From IMG/VR virus record IMGVR_UViG_3300027917_000039: a stretch of DNA of 64,000 nt; one strand, 5' to 3'. Position 1 is the stretch's first letter, and every line of letters begins with the position of its first letter. A program made the translations under genes and the position numbers. This stretch comes from a virus. This document shows positions 41,743-51,834 of the stretch, piece after piece. The notes under the pieces are model-generated. The model had not been told where the DNA came from. It searched no databases and worked only from the letters and a program-made list of their open reading frames with translations.

Positions 41743-44700
41743 CTAACGAAGTTTAATGTTCCCACGCTGTACTTCACGGCGAAGGGCGTGGGCGATCTCG
41801 CGCACCGTCTGCTGCGAGGAATCTCCACCGTTTACCGAGACGTTGATGTCACCTACGTTGGTGACGGGACCACCCTGCTCTCGGTAAACAGGTTGGTTCC
41901 CTTGGTTCATGGCATTCAGTTCTGAGAAGAACCGACGCGAGTTCTTGGAGTTGATGACGGTCTCACCAGCGGACAAAGCTGTGAAAATCTTGTCCTGCCC
42001 GCGAGTCAACTGTCCAAGGTTTCCGCCAGCAGCAAAGTATCGACGCATCGGACCGCCGTGGTAAGCCACCGCACCGCCGCCGACCGACACTTGCTGTGAC
42101 GCGACGGCGGCTCGCTCCAACTGAGCAGCCAACTGGCTGGCAGCCGACGCAGCCGCGACAAGGTTCGGTAACGTCTGACCAGATGCTTGAGCGGTAGCTT
42201 CAGCACCTTGCCCTGCGTTCTGCAAACCTTGTCCAACTTGCTGTGCTGGCGTAACCGTAGCAGAAGTCTTCTGCTGAGTCTCGCCAGCTTTGGTGGCGGC
42301 TTCTTCCTCTGCTTTCACCTTGCGATCCAAAGCATCGTTCAAGCGTTGGGCAGCGTTGACTTCCTCTTGTGGAGTTTCAGCTTTGAGCTTGTTGATCGTC
42401 CGTTGACGTTCTTGAATTTGAGTCAACAGATCAAGTTGCTTCTGTGCGTTGCCCTTTTGGGTCTCGTCAAGCTGCCCTTGCTTTACAGCCTCATCGAATA
42501 ATTGCTGAGCCTTCGTCAGTTCGTCCTGGCTGATGTACTCATTTCGACTGGCTTGCTCTTTCAGATTTCCAAGCTGCTCCATGAGAGCAATCTCTGCTCC
42601 CATTCGCTGCTCGACAAGACGCTCAGCTTGCTCAGTTTGCTCAGCCTGCGTCGTTCGGCTTAACCCAAGCGTGACCAAAGCCCGGAAACCCGAAGTCATC
42701 GTTTGGACGCCTTGGATTCCGCGAAGCACAGTCTCGCCTTGCTGATTCAGAATGTTGTTGCCTTCAGTGTAGGCAGCATTCAACTGCTGTACAGCACCTT
42801 GTCGAAGAATGTCCTCGCTGCGAAGTTGTCGAACTGTTTCGATGTTGTCCTTGAGGATGTCTTGGGCTTTACCAAGAGCCCTCTCGCCAAACGATGAAGC
42901 AGACTCACCAGGAAGCTGCCCGCCAGTGACAGTGTCAGCGTCGGCTGCTGTTTGACCTTCTAATCCGACCTGCGCCTTGAGTTGGAACGTCTTTGATGCA
43001 AGTTCTGCTTCAAGTCGCTCAACCTCTACTGCCCAGTTAAAATGGGCTGCGTCCATCGCGCGCTGGAAACCTTGCGAGGCTTCAGCAAAGTCCTTGTCAA
43101 TGCCGGTAGTAGCCGCTTTAGCAGCGTCAGACGCCAGCTTCGATCGAATCTCTTCAACAACGTCGATCAGTTGCTTGTCGATGTCAGCAATGGCTGCTGG
43201 GTCTGTAGTCTTGGCACGCTCTTTCAGCAAGTCCTGCTCGCGCTTAAACAGGTCTTCCAGTGCTGCCTTTTCTTCCTCGCGAGTTTGCAGTTCGTCCTTG
43301 ACCTTGCTTACGCTCTCTTGGACCTTTTGATTGTACTGCTCGACTACGCCAATCTTTCCTTTGATTAGCTTTTGAATCTCGTCTTCGTAACGAGACGCCA
43401 TGAAGTTTTGCTTATTCGACTCAGCCAGTTGCTTATTCTGCTCGGCATAAGCGATAGCACGATCGTAAGCATTTAAGGCTGCTTCCTTGGAACCTTCATC
43501 TGTTGGATCGAGAGCCTTTGCTGCTTGTTCGGCGGCTCTCGTGGCTTTCTGAGTTGCGTCTTCAAGAATCCTTGACTGCTGTGCGTAGTTTCCTTCCCAT
43601 CGGTCAAGCTGCTGTTGCAACTGGCGATCTTGAATCTCAGATTGTAGATCGGCGACTTCCTCAGCGGAATCTTTTGCAAGATTTTTGGCGTCGTCTAAGA
43701 ATTTCTTCAGCTTGGTGATGCTGTCACTGTAGTAGCCAACAATACCGTCGGCGGCAACCTTGAGTCGTTTGTTGGCGGCTTTGACACTTTCCTCAAACGA
43801 CTTGCGTACTTGCCCTTCCTTCTTTCGCACGTCCGACACCCAGTCAGCATAGGCTTTCTTTGTGTCGTCAAACGCTTGTGGCATGTCCTTGCCATACGCC
43901 GCAGCGACCCGCTTCGCCGTCTCTTCGAGAGCAGCTTGGGCTTTCGCAGTATCATCAGTTATTCCAAGCAACTTTGAGAGACCAGGGTAAATCTTGTCAA
44001 GTTCTACCTTGAAATCAGTCATACCAAACGTGACAAGATTCAAGGTGCCTTGGAGCAACTCCAATGCACCCTTGAAGCCGTAGGCAGCCCCTGTCGCGAT
44101 CGGCAGAAGGGTCATGCCGATCTCGGTCCAGGCATTCTTCATGTCTTCGACGGCTTGCCTGTTGCGGAAGGCGTCGGTGTTCTCGAACTCTTCGATGGCT
44201 TGCTTGGCGGCGCCTCCTGCGTCTCCAATTTCTCTTAGGGCTTCGGCGTAAGTCTTACCGCCGTCGGTAGCAGCCGCCATATAGCCAGTGATCGAACGAA
44301 CTCGTTGGAACAGTTCGCCGATGGCTTTCGCGTCGTTGCCGGTTTCTTTGGCGATCGCTTTGAAGACGCCTTCCAAGCCGCCAAACTTCTGGATCGCTTG
44401 AGGTGCGGTCTCGACATTCCATTTCTCAAACAGAGCCTGCATCTCTTCACCAGGACGCAACAGCTTCTGCAACACTGATCGCATTTGCGTGACGGCTGTG
44501 GAGACATTGACGCCCTGACGAGTCATAACTGCGAGAGCGGCAGCCACTTCATTCCAGCTTACGCCCATCTGAGCGGCAAGCGGAGTCACACGACCGATAG
44601 CGTTCGCCATGTCTCCCATTCTGATACGACCGATTTCGATCGTCTTGAACAGGGAGTCCATGACGGCGTCAGTGTCTTCAAACGCCAAGTTGTATGAGTT

Positions 44701-45252
44701 CATGACCGACGACAGAGCGTTTACGGTGTCGGCTGACTCGGCGTTGGTGACGTTGGCAAGACGTGCAGCCTTTTCGTAGAACTCCATTGCGTGCGTGGCA
44801 TCGACGACTTGGTTCGACAACGTCTGATAGACACCTTCTGCTACTTCCTGGCTGGCTTGACCGAGAGCAGAAGATAAAGCGAGAACTTCGTTGGTCAGAT
44901 CGCCAACGGGAAGAGTACCGCTGATCGTCTTGATTTCGGCGATCGCGGTGCCAAGGTCACGCGCTGATTGAATGGCTTGAGAGACCTGACTCACAAAGCC
45001 AGCGAACAGGCGGACAGTGATTTGGGTTGAGACAATACGGGCGAGCGTCTGCCAGGAGACCGTCAGCCTGCCGACAGCCCCTTGGGCTTTCTTGGCGCCG
45101 CCGACTATGCTGTTTAAGCCTTTGGCGTTGTTCGCCGCGTTGTTCAAGTTGTTCAACGCATTGGTGGCGTTGTTGAATCCCTTCGTGATGTTGGTAAGGG
45201 ACCGCGAAACGCCGGAGGCGTCGAAGCTGAACTTCTGGCTTATGTTGGGCAT
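41743..45252 (-). CDS. tape measure-like protein (A/Q/E-rich coiled coil, 1169 aa)
   Basis: Very long alpha-helical, low-complexity protein located after the tube and chaperone-like genes. Alternatively an internal/ejection protein. Confidence 0.5.
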   Translation of the reverse strand: MPNISQKFSFDASGVSRSLTNITKGFNNATNALNNLNNAANNAKGLNSIVGGAKKAQGAVGRLTVSWQTLARIVSTQITVRLFAGFVSQVSQAIQSARDLGTAIAEIKTISGTLPVGDLTNEVLALSSALGQASQEVAEGVYQTLSNQVVDATHAMEFYEKAARLANVTNAESADTVNALSSVMNSYNLAFEDTDAVMDSLFKTIEIGRIRMGDMANAIGRVTPLAAQMGVSWNEVAAALAVMTRQGVNVSTAVTQMRSVLQKLLRPGEEMQALFEKWNVETAPQAIQKFGGLEGVFKAIAKETGNDAKAIGELFQRVRSITGYMAAATDGGKTYAEALREIGDAGGAAKQAIEEFENTDAFRNRQAVEDMKNAWTEIGMTLLPIATGAAYGFKGALELLQGTLNLVTFGMTDFKVELDKIYPGLSKLLGITDDTAKAQAALEETAKRVAAAYGKDMPQAFDDTKKAYADWVSDVRKKEGQVRKSFEESVKAANKRLKVAADGIVGYYSDSITKLKKFLDDAKNLAKDSAEEVADLQSEIQDRQLQQQLDRWEGNYAQQSRILEDATQKATRAAEQAAKALDPTDEGSKEAALNAYDRAIAYAEQNKQLAESNKQNFMASRYEDEIQKLIKGKIGVVEQYNQKVQESVSKVKDELQTREEEKAALEDLFKREQDLLKERAKTTDPAAIADIDKQLIDVVEEIRSKLASDAAKAATTGIDKDFAEASQGFQRAMDAAHFNWAVEVERLEAELASKTFQLKAQVGLEGQTAADADTVTGGQLPGESASSFGERALGKAQDILKDNIETVRQLRSEDILRQGAVQQLNAAYTEGNNILNQQGETVLRGIQGVQTMTSGFRALVTLGLSRTTQAEQTEQAERLVEQRMGAEIALMEQLGNLKEQASRNEYISQDELTKAQQLFDEAVKQGQLDETQKGNAQKQLDLLTQIQERQRTINKLKAETPQEEVNAAQRLNDALDRKVKAEEEAATKAGETQQKTSATVTPAQQVGQGLQNAGQGAEATAQASGQTLPNLVAAASAASQLAAQLERAAVASQQVSVGGGAVAYHGGPMRRYFAAGGNLGQLTRGQDKIFTALSAGETVINSKNSRRFFSELNAMNQGNQPVYREQGGPVTNVGDINVSVNGGDSSQQTVREIAHALRREVQRGNIKLR

Positions 45253-45770
45253 TACAGCTTCCTCGTTCTGATGTAGTTGGTCGGATCAGGGAGTTTGGCT
45301 CTTGATGCCTCGAACTCCCACGCCGCCTGAGCCCTACCCTGGAAATTGTAGGGAGTAAACCTCACATTGTTGCTGTACGGTTGTGGAGGCGGTCCCGCCA
45401 CAGCAGCATTGTATTCATTGTAAGCCAGATACTGCAACGTGGTCTCATAGATGAAACCGACGATCAGATTCTTTCGGTCTTCAAATTTCCCGCTCGCGCC
45501 AGCGTTCGCTCTGCCGAGAGCGATGCGATTCTTCTTTGCCCTGATTGGACCGATTGGCACAGCAGTCCCAAGGTCACTGGCAAGTTTCTGAAAGGTTGAC
45601 CGGGACGCCCCCGACCAAGTCGGAATGGGCGTCTCGTCAACCGCTGCTTTTAGCCATGCACGCCCAGCGACTTCGTTTATGTGTCGGAGTGCATTCAACA
45701 GAGCCTCTTCGTAAGAGCCTCTGTCAAACCACATCCCGACGAAGTCGCATTTGAAAGGCGAGCCGACCAT
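45252..45770 (-). CDS. hypothetical protein (tail assembly region)
   Basis: 172-aa ORF coupled to the tape-measure start. Confidence 0.45.
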   Translation of the reverse strand: MVGSPFKCDFVGMWFDRGSYEEALLNALRHINEVAGRAWLKAAVDETPIPTWSGASRSTFQKLASDLGTAVPIGPIRAKKNRIALGRANAGASGKFEDRKNLIVGFIYETTLQYLAYNEYNAAVAGPPPQPYSNNVRFTPYNFQGRAQAAWEFEASRAKLPDPTNYIRTRKL

Positions 45771-45984
45771 TACTTAATCCCTGCGCTTAGTTTGAGTTTC
45801 TCAAACTCATCGTGCCCGGAGGTTTGACTGAATCCGATCAGCATAGCCCGTTCAGGCGTTTCAAGAGAATCCCAGCAAACGTAGTTGGGATGTTCGATGC
45901 CTGGAGGCATGATTCCGAATCGCTCACAGGCTTGCCAGATCGTGTATTCAGTCGTACGATGACTTGGCCAGAGTATCTTCCGAG

Positions 45985-46521
45985 CTACTCCACCTGACCA
46001 AGTAGAAAAGCCCGTCGTGCCGCTTCAATCTTCTCTTCATCGAGAGCGTTTGCAGCCATGACCGCGTTGACGATCCGGTTGCACTCGACTTCGGAAAGAC
46101 CGGCAGCCATCAGTTCATCCTGCCACTTGATCCATGTTCCGGGCTTCTCAGGGTGAACTTCTTGCCACTCGATGTTGCTCGGCTCCAGCGAGCGGATCAC
46201 CATGTAGGCGAACCGCTGCTCACCACGACGTTCGAGGGCGATCTTGTAATCCTTGTCGTTCAGGTCGGGGAACTTCCCGCCTTTCTTCTGGATCATTGGA
46301 GGCACCGGCATCGGCACCATCTTGTCAAACTCTTTGTTGATTGCGACGGCTTTCGCCTTGATGGGTATGTCCTGACCGTCGGGTCGTGGAAGCACCAAGG
46401 TCTCTTCGCAAGGGGTAACGTCTACGCCACCGATTCTCATGTTGTTTCTCCATTTGAGGCTAGGAATGAGGTCTGCACAGGGGGACAGAAACTGTCCCCC
46501 TATGCAGAAAGGGTTTAGCAC
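45985..46521 (-). CDS. possible tail assembly chaperone
   Basis: Position between the putative tube and tape measure. A 214-nt gap downstream may hold a frameshift extension. GTG start, or alternative start MRIGG at 46440. Confidence 0.3.
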   Translation of the reverse strand: MLNPFCIGGQFLSPCADLIPSLKWRNNMRIGGVDVTPCEETLVLPRPDGQDIPIKAKAVAINKEFDKMVPMPVPPMIQKKGGKFPDLNDKDYKIALERRGEQRFAYMVIRSLEPSNIEWQEVHPEKPGTWIKWQDELMAAGLSEVECNRIVNAVMAANALDEEKIEAARRAFLLGQVE

Positions 46522-47267
46522 TCGGCGTCGTCAGACCGAGTGACAGTAGGTTCGCTCACATTGCAGCGTCCGCTGACGGCGATCGTGGCTTCGCCCATGT
46601 CGAAGTCCAGCGACTCGTAACGGAAGTCCACAAACAGAACGTCTTCGTCCTGGTCGGTGCCGCAAGGCACGCAGTGCTTCGCCAGGATGTCAACCGCGTA
46701 AGGCTCGCACAAGTCCGTCGAACTCGACACCCACTCGGCTGCCTCGCCAGCGTTCTTGAGAGCGTCGACCGGGGTGATCGTCTGACCGGATTCGGTCTTG
46801 ACGTACTCGTAGACGAACTCAAGGCTCATCTCGACCGGCTGCTCGTCACCTTCCTTGACCGTGTCCAAGTCACCACGCTCGCGAAGGTACTCATATTCCT
46901 TCGCCTCGGTCCAGGTCAAGTTGCCTTCGCCAATCGCCACCTCGATTCGCTGAGACTGGAAGGTCACAGCGTTGTTGCTGTTCGCACTGTTGTACGTGCC
47001 AGCACCGAGAGCCGGGGTGAACGTGATGTTCTGAGTGTTGCCACTCGTGGGTCCGCGAGCCGTCACGGTATGCACCGTGGTGGCGGTCTCGCCAGCGACC
47101 GTAAACCGGGCGCCAACGGGAACTTGAGCGGGCACAGTCGTGTTAAGAACAACCGTGCCAACATTGAACGTGGTGTCGTTCTGAGAGGCGTTGTTCGTCA
47201 TGAGACCCGTGCCGCTGAGACCATCCTGAATGTAGATGGTCACGTCACGCATTTCGATTCGTGCCAT
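46515..47267 (-). CDS. putative major tail (tube) protein
   Basis: 250 aa, T/G/N-rich, located upstream of the chaperone and tape measure. Confidence 0.4.
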   Translation of the reverse strand: MARIEMRDVTIYIQDGLSGTGLMTNNASQNDTTFNVGTVVLNTTVPAQVPVGARFTVAGETATTVHTVTARGPTSGNTQNITFTPALGAGTYNSANSNNAVTFQSQRIEVAIGEGNLTWTEAKEYEYLRERGDLDTVKEGDEQPVEMSLEFVYEYVKTESGQTITPVDALKNAGEAAEWVSSSTDLCEPYAVDILAKHCVPCGTDQDEDVLFVDFRYESLDFDMGEATIAVSGRCNVSEPTVTRSDDAEC

Positions 47268-47280
47268 TATGGTATCTCCC

Positions 47281-47766
47281 TTATGGGTTTGAGTAGTCTA
47301 GTCCGTACACAGCATCTACTTCGGACTGCCGGACACGGGTGTCCTTATCAAGCTGCCCGAAATGCCATATCCTTACAGCCTCGTTCCTCCCTCGGTGAAC
47401 TCGGAGACACCCTATTAGTGACCCGTCGTCCTCTGCACCTGTGCCCTTCTTGTAAATCGGAATGGGCTCTTGCATCGCGTTGGCGAATACTCCCGTCCAC
47501 TGAATCAGGTCGAAAACGTCCGCGCTCGCTTCGTCCATGTTCTTTGTGAACAGGAAGTTGATTCCCAATTTGAGTTCATAGTACCCATTGCTGACTTCTT
47601 TGGACTCTGGTCCAGTCACACGAAGTTCAACGTGGCTAACCCGCATCGTGTCATCGGATCGTTCGTCGATCCCTTCCACGAAATACGGTAGAGAAATCCC
47701 ATTGGCGGTAGCTTTGAAATGCTTCGCTACGGACTGGAAAATCCACCGCGATAGATTACTGTCCAT
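47281..47766 (-). CDS. hypothetical protein (head-tail joining region)
   Basis: 161-aa ORF. Confidence 0.45.
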   Translation of the reverse strand: MDSNLSRWIFQSVAKHFKATANGISLPYFVEGIDERSDDTMRVSHVELRVTGPESKEVSNGYYELKLGINFLFTKNMDEASADVFDLIQWTGVFANAMQEPIPIYKKGTGAEDDGSLIGCLRVHRGRNEAVRIWHFGQLDKDTRVRQSEVDAVYGLDYSNP

Positions 47767-47779
47767 TGCGTGCCTCCGG

Positions 47780-48289
47780 TCAAGTAATTACTGCTGTCGC
47801 AGAATGTGTCAGGGTGAGAAGATAGTCGTTCGTCTTCTCATGATGGTGCTGGTAGACTGGGTTGCCTTCGACCAGCTTTGCTTGGATGTACCAAGCTGTT
47901 TTGTACTCGTACTCTTCGACGTACTTCACATCGTAACGCTTGTTGTCGTAGACAATCCAGTCGTCTTTCTTAATCGTCCAGGCTGGGGTAACATCGGTGC
48001 GGTCGATGATGAAATCTCGAAGCCCAGGATCGAATGTGCCGCCTTGCACCATCTTCTTGTTGGCGGAGATGACCGAGATAGTCTGAATGATGTCACGAGT
48101 CAACTTGACCGGCAGAACCACCGCTCGCCGAATGTACACAGAGTTGGCTGTGGTGGCTCGCACCCCTGTGTCATAGTTGGTGGTCGTCGTACCCAACTGG
48201 TAGACGGTGATCTCGTTTCCATACTCTTTCTTCATTTGTCGGATGCACCGACGAATGAAGCGAATCAGGTTGTAGTTCGGTCTAGCCAT
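47780..48289 (-). CDS. hypothetical protein (head-tail joining region)
   Basis: 169-aa ORF. Confidence 0.45.
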   Translation of the reverse strand: MARPNYNLIRFIRRCIRQMKKEYGNEITVYQLGTTTTNYDTGVRATTANSVYIRRAVVLPVKLTRDIIQTISVISANKKMVQGGTFDPGLRDFIIDRTDVTPAWTIKKDDWIVYDNKRYDVKYVEEYEYKTAWYIQAKLVEGNPVYQHHHEKTNDYLLTLTHSATAVIT

Positions 48290-48554
48290 CTTGCTGCTGC
48301 CTCACTTTGCAGTACATCGCGTTCTCATTCAGTTGGTGAATCTGCTCGGTGTTTGCCTTGATGACTTCAGTGTTGGTGGCTATGACCGCAGCCTGCTCTT
48401 TCACCATGTTCGATAGAACTTCGGTGTTGAAGTCTTCCAACTTTTGGACTCTCTCCACTAGGTTCTCTTCGCGCTTCCAGTCGCGCCAAATGAAGAACAA
48501 CACCACTCCTACAAGCGGTCCGAAATCTTTCAAGAGCGATGTTAATTCCATCAT
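48282..48554 (-). CDS. small single-TM coiled-coil protein
   Basis: TM segment GPLVGVVLFFIW followed by a coiled coil. Confidence 0.4.
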   Translation of the reverse strand: MMELTSLLKDFGPLVGVVLFFIWRDWKREENLVERVQKLEDFNTEVLSNMVKEQAAVIATNTEVIKANTEQIHQLNENAMYCKVRQQQDG

Positions 48555-49756
48555 AGCCCTGCGGCTCCTATCGCAAAGTTGTTGTTGAGTTTGGCGTCTA
48601 CCGACGCGGCTCCGCCAGTGGAAGTTAGCCCCATCGCGTCACGCACTTGCTGAGCGGTGAGCGGGGCGGCGGAAATAGTCAATTTGTGCAAGTCAGTTGT
48701 CACGACGTTACACGATCCAGTTGAGTCATCAGTTAGTCCGGAGATCCCCCTAGCATAAATCAATCCGTTGTTGCAAGTAGAATCAATGTAAATGTGTCCA
48801 GACAAAGAGTCTATTTGAACAACGGAGTCTGCTTGAGTCAAATTTGTAATTTTGATGCTACCCGACCAACCTCTGACAACTAGCGTGGCGTTTGCCGTGC
48901 CCGCCATATTGAACGTGGGAGAAGACTCTTCTGAATTAAGGTCGGTGCAAAAGTCAAGCACATGATGTGCGCCATCATTACTGGTTATTCGTATTTCTCC
49001 AGAGATGCCACAACTCTTCAAGTACCCTTCAAAATCTACCAACCCTGTGCAAATGGCGGAGTCGGCACACAATGCTCCGTTGCCTGTCCCGTTGAAGACC
49101 AGTTTTTCCAGCGTCGTCCCTTCTGTGATACACCCTGCATTGAGAGTCAAAACAGTGTGACAAGACGCACCAATTACAGTGTAAGAGGTCAAATCGTCGG
49201 AGGCATCGACGTACGTGTCGTCAATGATGACTATCTTCTTTGGCATTTTTCTTGCTGCAACTATAGCGGTAGCGTTTGCAATGCTACTTGTTGGTCTGGT
49301 GTTTGTTCCGACTGGATATTGAGAGCTGTCTTCTCCGTTGGCGGTGTCTACCCACACACTGGAATTGGCAAACGATAGATTTTCCATTTGAGTTGAATAA
49401 GTCAACCCAGCAGAGTTTGAGGCTCGCACTGAAACTTGATTCACGTTAGTATTGTCAGCGATGTTGCTGTTTGCACCTACTAGATTCACAGCATACTGAC
49501 CGTCCTCAAATGTCACCGTGTAGCCATTGATGAGTTCCACAACACGCGCTAGTGTGACGCCTCCCACCGTGATCGGAGCCACATGGGAATGGGTAGTTAG
49601 GAAAGGCATCCCTTCCTCGTCATCTTCTAGGTCTTTCAAAGTCAATCGAAAGGTGTCCAAGTTCAACTCGTATATCTCAGGAGATACAGAGACGACAGCC
49701 ATGTCCGCCTTGTTGACTGTGATGACCTTTGTTGACCAGTCGATGGAAATTGCCAT
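48551..49756 (-). CDS. beta-helix (pectate-lyase-like) virion protein
   Basis: Repetitive G/N/T/S-rich strands with many Cys, typical of right-handed beta-helix tailspike-like proteins. Confidence 0.5.
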   Translation of the reverse strand: MAISIDWSTKVITVNKADMAVVSVSPEIYELNLDTFRLTLKDLEDDEEGMPFLTTHSHVAPITVGGVTLARVVELINGYTVTFEDGQYAVNLVGANSNIADNTNVNQVSVRASNSAGLTYSTQMENLSFANSSVWVDTANGEDSSQYPVGTNTRPTSSIANATAIVAARKMPKKIVIIDDTYVDASDDLTSYTVIGASCHTVLTLNAGCITEGTTLEKLVFNGTGNGALCADSAICTGLVDFEGYLKSCGISGEIRITSNDGAHHVLDFCTDLNSEESSPTFNMAGTANATLVVRGWSGSIKITNLTQADSVVQIDSLSGHIYIDSTCNNGLIYARGISGLTDDSTGSCNVVTTDLHKLTISAAPLTAQQVRDAMGLTSTGGAASVDAKLNNNFAIGAAGL

Positions 49757-49765
49757 CCTTCACCT

Positions 49766-49972
49766 CTATTCAGGCTGAGTTGACCCGTGCCCGTATCGCT
49801 GTTGCAAAGCGGTGACGATGAGCCCACGATTTTCTTGAGTCGCAGCCTGAAGCGTGTTTAGGCGCATTTCCAAGGCGTTGAGTTTGTCAAACAACTCTTT
49901 CATCACTGCCCCGTGATGAACGAGTGTCTCAGCAATCGCTATTGCGTTTTGTTCATTGATTTCTGCCGTCAT
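49766..49972 (-). CDS. hypothetical small protein
   Basis: 68-aa helical ORF. Confidence 0.35.
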   Translation of the reverse strand: MTAEINEQNAIAIAETLVHHGAVMKELFDKLNALEMRLNTLQAATQENRGLIVTALQQRYGHGSTQPE

Positions 49973-49974
49973 GT

Positions 49975-51834
49975 TTATTCATCCGGAACTAAGAGGGCTG
50001 TCAACTCCAACCCGGAACTACTACTGATAGACCCGGTGAGAGGCGACGTTTTGTAATATGGAGACGAAGACGATTTTCTCACTCTGCCTGTTACTGGCTG
50101 GCTGGCTGAGAACGATCGAGTATCGCTTACGTTTCCAGAGGCGTTTGTCAAACTGTTGAAGATTACTCCAGTTGAGACAGGAGACCCGGTCGCTGGAGAC
50201 GATCCAATAGTTTCAGTTGTTGTGTACGTGTAGTTGCTTGCACCAGTGACGGTGATTTGGTATGCTCCGTTGTAGACTTCCTCTGTCGCACCGGAGATGT
50301 AAACCCAGTCGCCGGTAGTCAACCCATGAGAGGAATGGGTGACATTTGCCGTTGTCCCAGACCCTGTGATGCTGACAGCCACTTCGTAGTGCAAATCGCC
50401 AGTGGCATCCGATGCTCTAAGAAACACTCTGGCGTTCTCAATGACATTCAACGTGTTCACATCTCGCACAACGACTTTTGTTGTGACCGGGTTCTGGATG
50501 AAATCCACAGTGTTTCCAGTGTAGCTGTTGGCGTACCCTGTCGCATTGTTGACAAGATAAATGGTCGCTGTTCCAGATGATGTGTTGTTTACATCGTAGT
50601 TGCCAACTTCGTTGTCAAACACGAAGTTGTTAAATGTGGTAGTCGTCGCGTCACTTGTTGAAGCGTACTCCACTCCAATGTCACAGTTGATGAATGTGAG
50701 GTCTGAGATGTTGGCGTCGTTCGACGGGTGAAGAAGAGCCCCTGATGTCCCTGTATAATTTCGGAACGTACAGGTGTTGAATGACCCTGTACTCGGATCG
50801 ACTTGCTGACAGTCAGTGAAACTTGTTCCGACGACGGTTGAGTTTGCCGAGAAGTTTACAGTGCTCGCACGAATCAAAGTGCAGCCGTCAAAATTCACCG
50901 TGGCGTTCGCATCAGAAGAGTCAATATCAAAACGAGTGGTATTAGTTGTGCCTGCCGCTTTGACGACCAGCCTGTCGACATTAGCAGTCAAACCAGAGCC
51001 ATTAAACGTCATGTTGTAAAAAGCACTGGCGACAATACCAGAACCGTTTGCATCGCGATCCTTGAAAACAACCGTCTCGTCAGCAGACTCAAAAGATGTG
51101 GTCGTGGCTCCGTTGCCAATGTTCAACTGACCTTGACAAAACAGAACACCATCTTTGACTTCGAGAATACCATAGCGATTTGCTGTGGCTTCATCGTGAG
51201 CGGCGGCATCAGCTAAATCCCAAGAGGTTCCAGTAAGAGTCAACCCTGTTCCGAAACGGACGGCGTCGTTCCACTGGTTGTCAATGATACGAATGTTGCC
51301 AGAGTTGCTGATGTCGACAAACCAAGTGATTACTTTCACATCTGTCAAATCAAGAGTGCCACTGGTGGCGTAGATGTCGCGAGTCGAGTTCACATCGAGA
51401 ACAAAACATCTCCACTCCCCGCCCCATGTATCGGAACCGGCTATGTGCCACTCAACATAGTTTCCAGTGCTATCAGTCAGGCGGACCATATAACCACTTG
51501 TGTTGACTGCCCCAGTGGTTTTGGCTTCCATGAAAGACGCAACAGAGTTTTGTGCCCACCAGTAAAGATGAGTGTTGGTGGCGCTCATATCCTGAGCCGT
51601 CGTCAACGTGAAATTCGCAGACGATCGGGAGTTCTTCGCTGCTTGCCATGTGTACGAAGCAGTACCTTGAATGAAAACTTCTGTGTCTGTTCCACCAGAA
51701 GGTCCATTCCAGGTGCCGTTGTCGTTCGTACCATTGCTGGTGAGCGTCAGATTGGCGGTAGTAGTTAGAGCCATGTAAGTCTCGCTTGAGGCGAAGGCTG
51801 GCAGCGTGAAGCTGCCAGCCCAACCGAGAATCAA
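49975..51834 (-). CDS. S/T/N-rich beta-helix-like virion protein
   Basis: 619 aa with extreme T/S/N content and repetitive strands. Confidence 0.5.
   Translation of the reverse strand: MILGWAGSFTLPAFASSETYMALTTTANLTLTSNGTNDNGTWNGPSGGTDTEVFIQGTASYTWQAAKNSRSSANFTLTTAQDMSATNTHLYWWAQNSVASFMEAKTTGAVNTSGYMVRLTDSTGNYVEWHIAGSDTWGGEWRCFVLDVNSTRDIYATSGTLDLTDVKVITWFVDISNSGNIRIIDNQWNDAVRFGTGLTLTGTSWDLADAAAHDEATANRYGILEVKDGVLFCQGQLNIGNGATTTSFESADETVVFKDRDANGSGIVASAFYNMTFNGSGLTANVDRLVVKAAGTTNTTRFDIDSSDANATVNFDGCTLIRASTVNFSANSTVVGTSFTDCQQVDPSTGSFNTCTFRNYTGTSGALLHPSNDANISDLTFINCDIGVEYASTSDATTTTFNNFVFDNEVGNYDVNNTSSGTATIYLVNNATGYANSYTGNTVDFIQNPVTTKVVVRDVNTLNVIENARVFLRASDATGDLHYEVAVSITGSGTTANVTHSSHGLTTGDWVYISGATEEVYNGAYQITVTGASNYTYTTTETIGSSPATGSPVSTGVIFNSLTNASGNVSDTRSFSASQPVTGRVRKSSSSPYYKTSPLTGSISSSSGLELTALLVPDE

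Noticed and set aside
41743-45252. Lytic transglycosylase or peptidase domain inside the tape-measure-like protein
   Set aside because: Looked for catalytic motifs and found only coiled-coil, low-complexity sequence.
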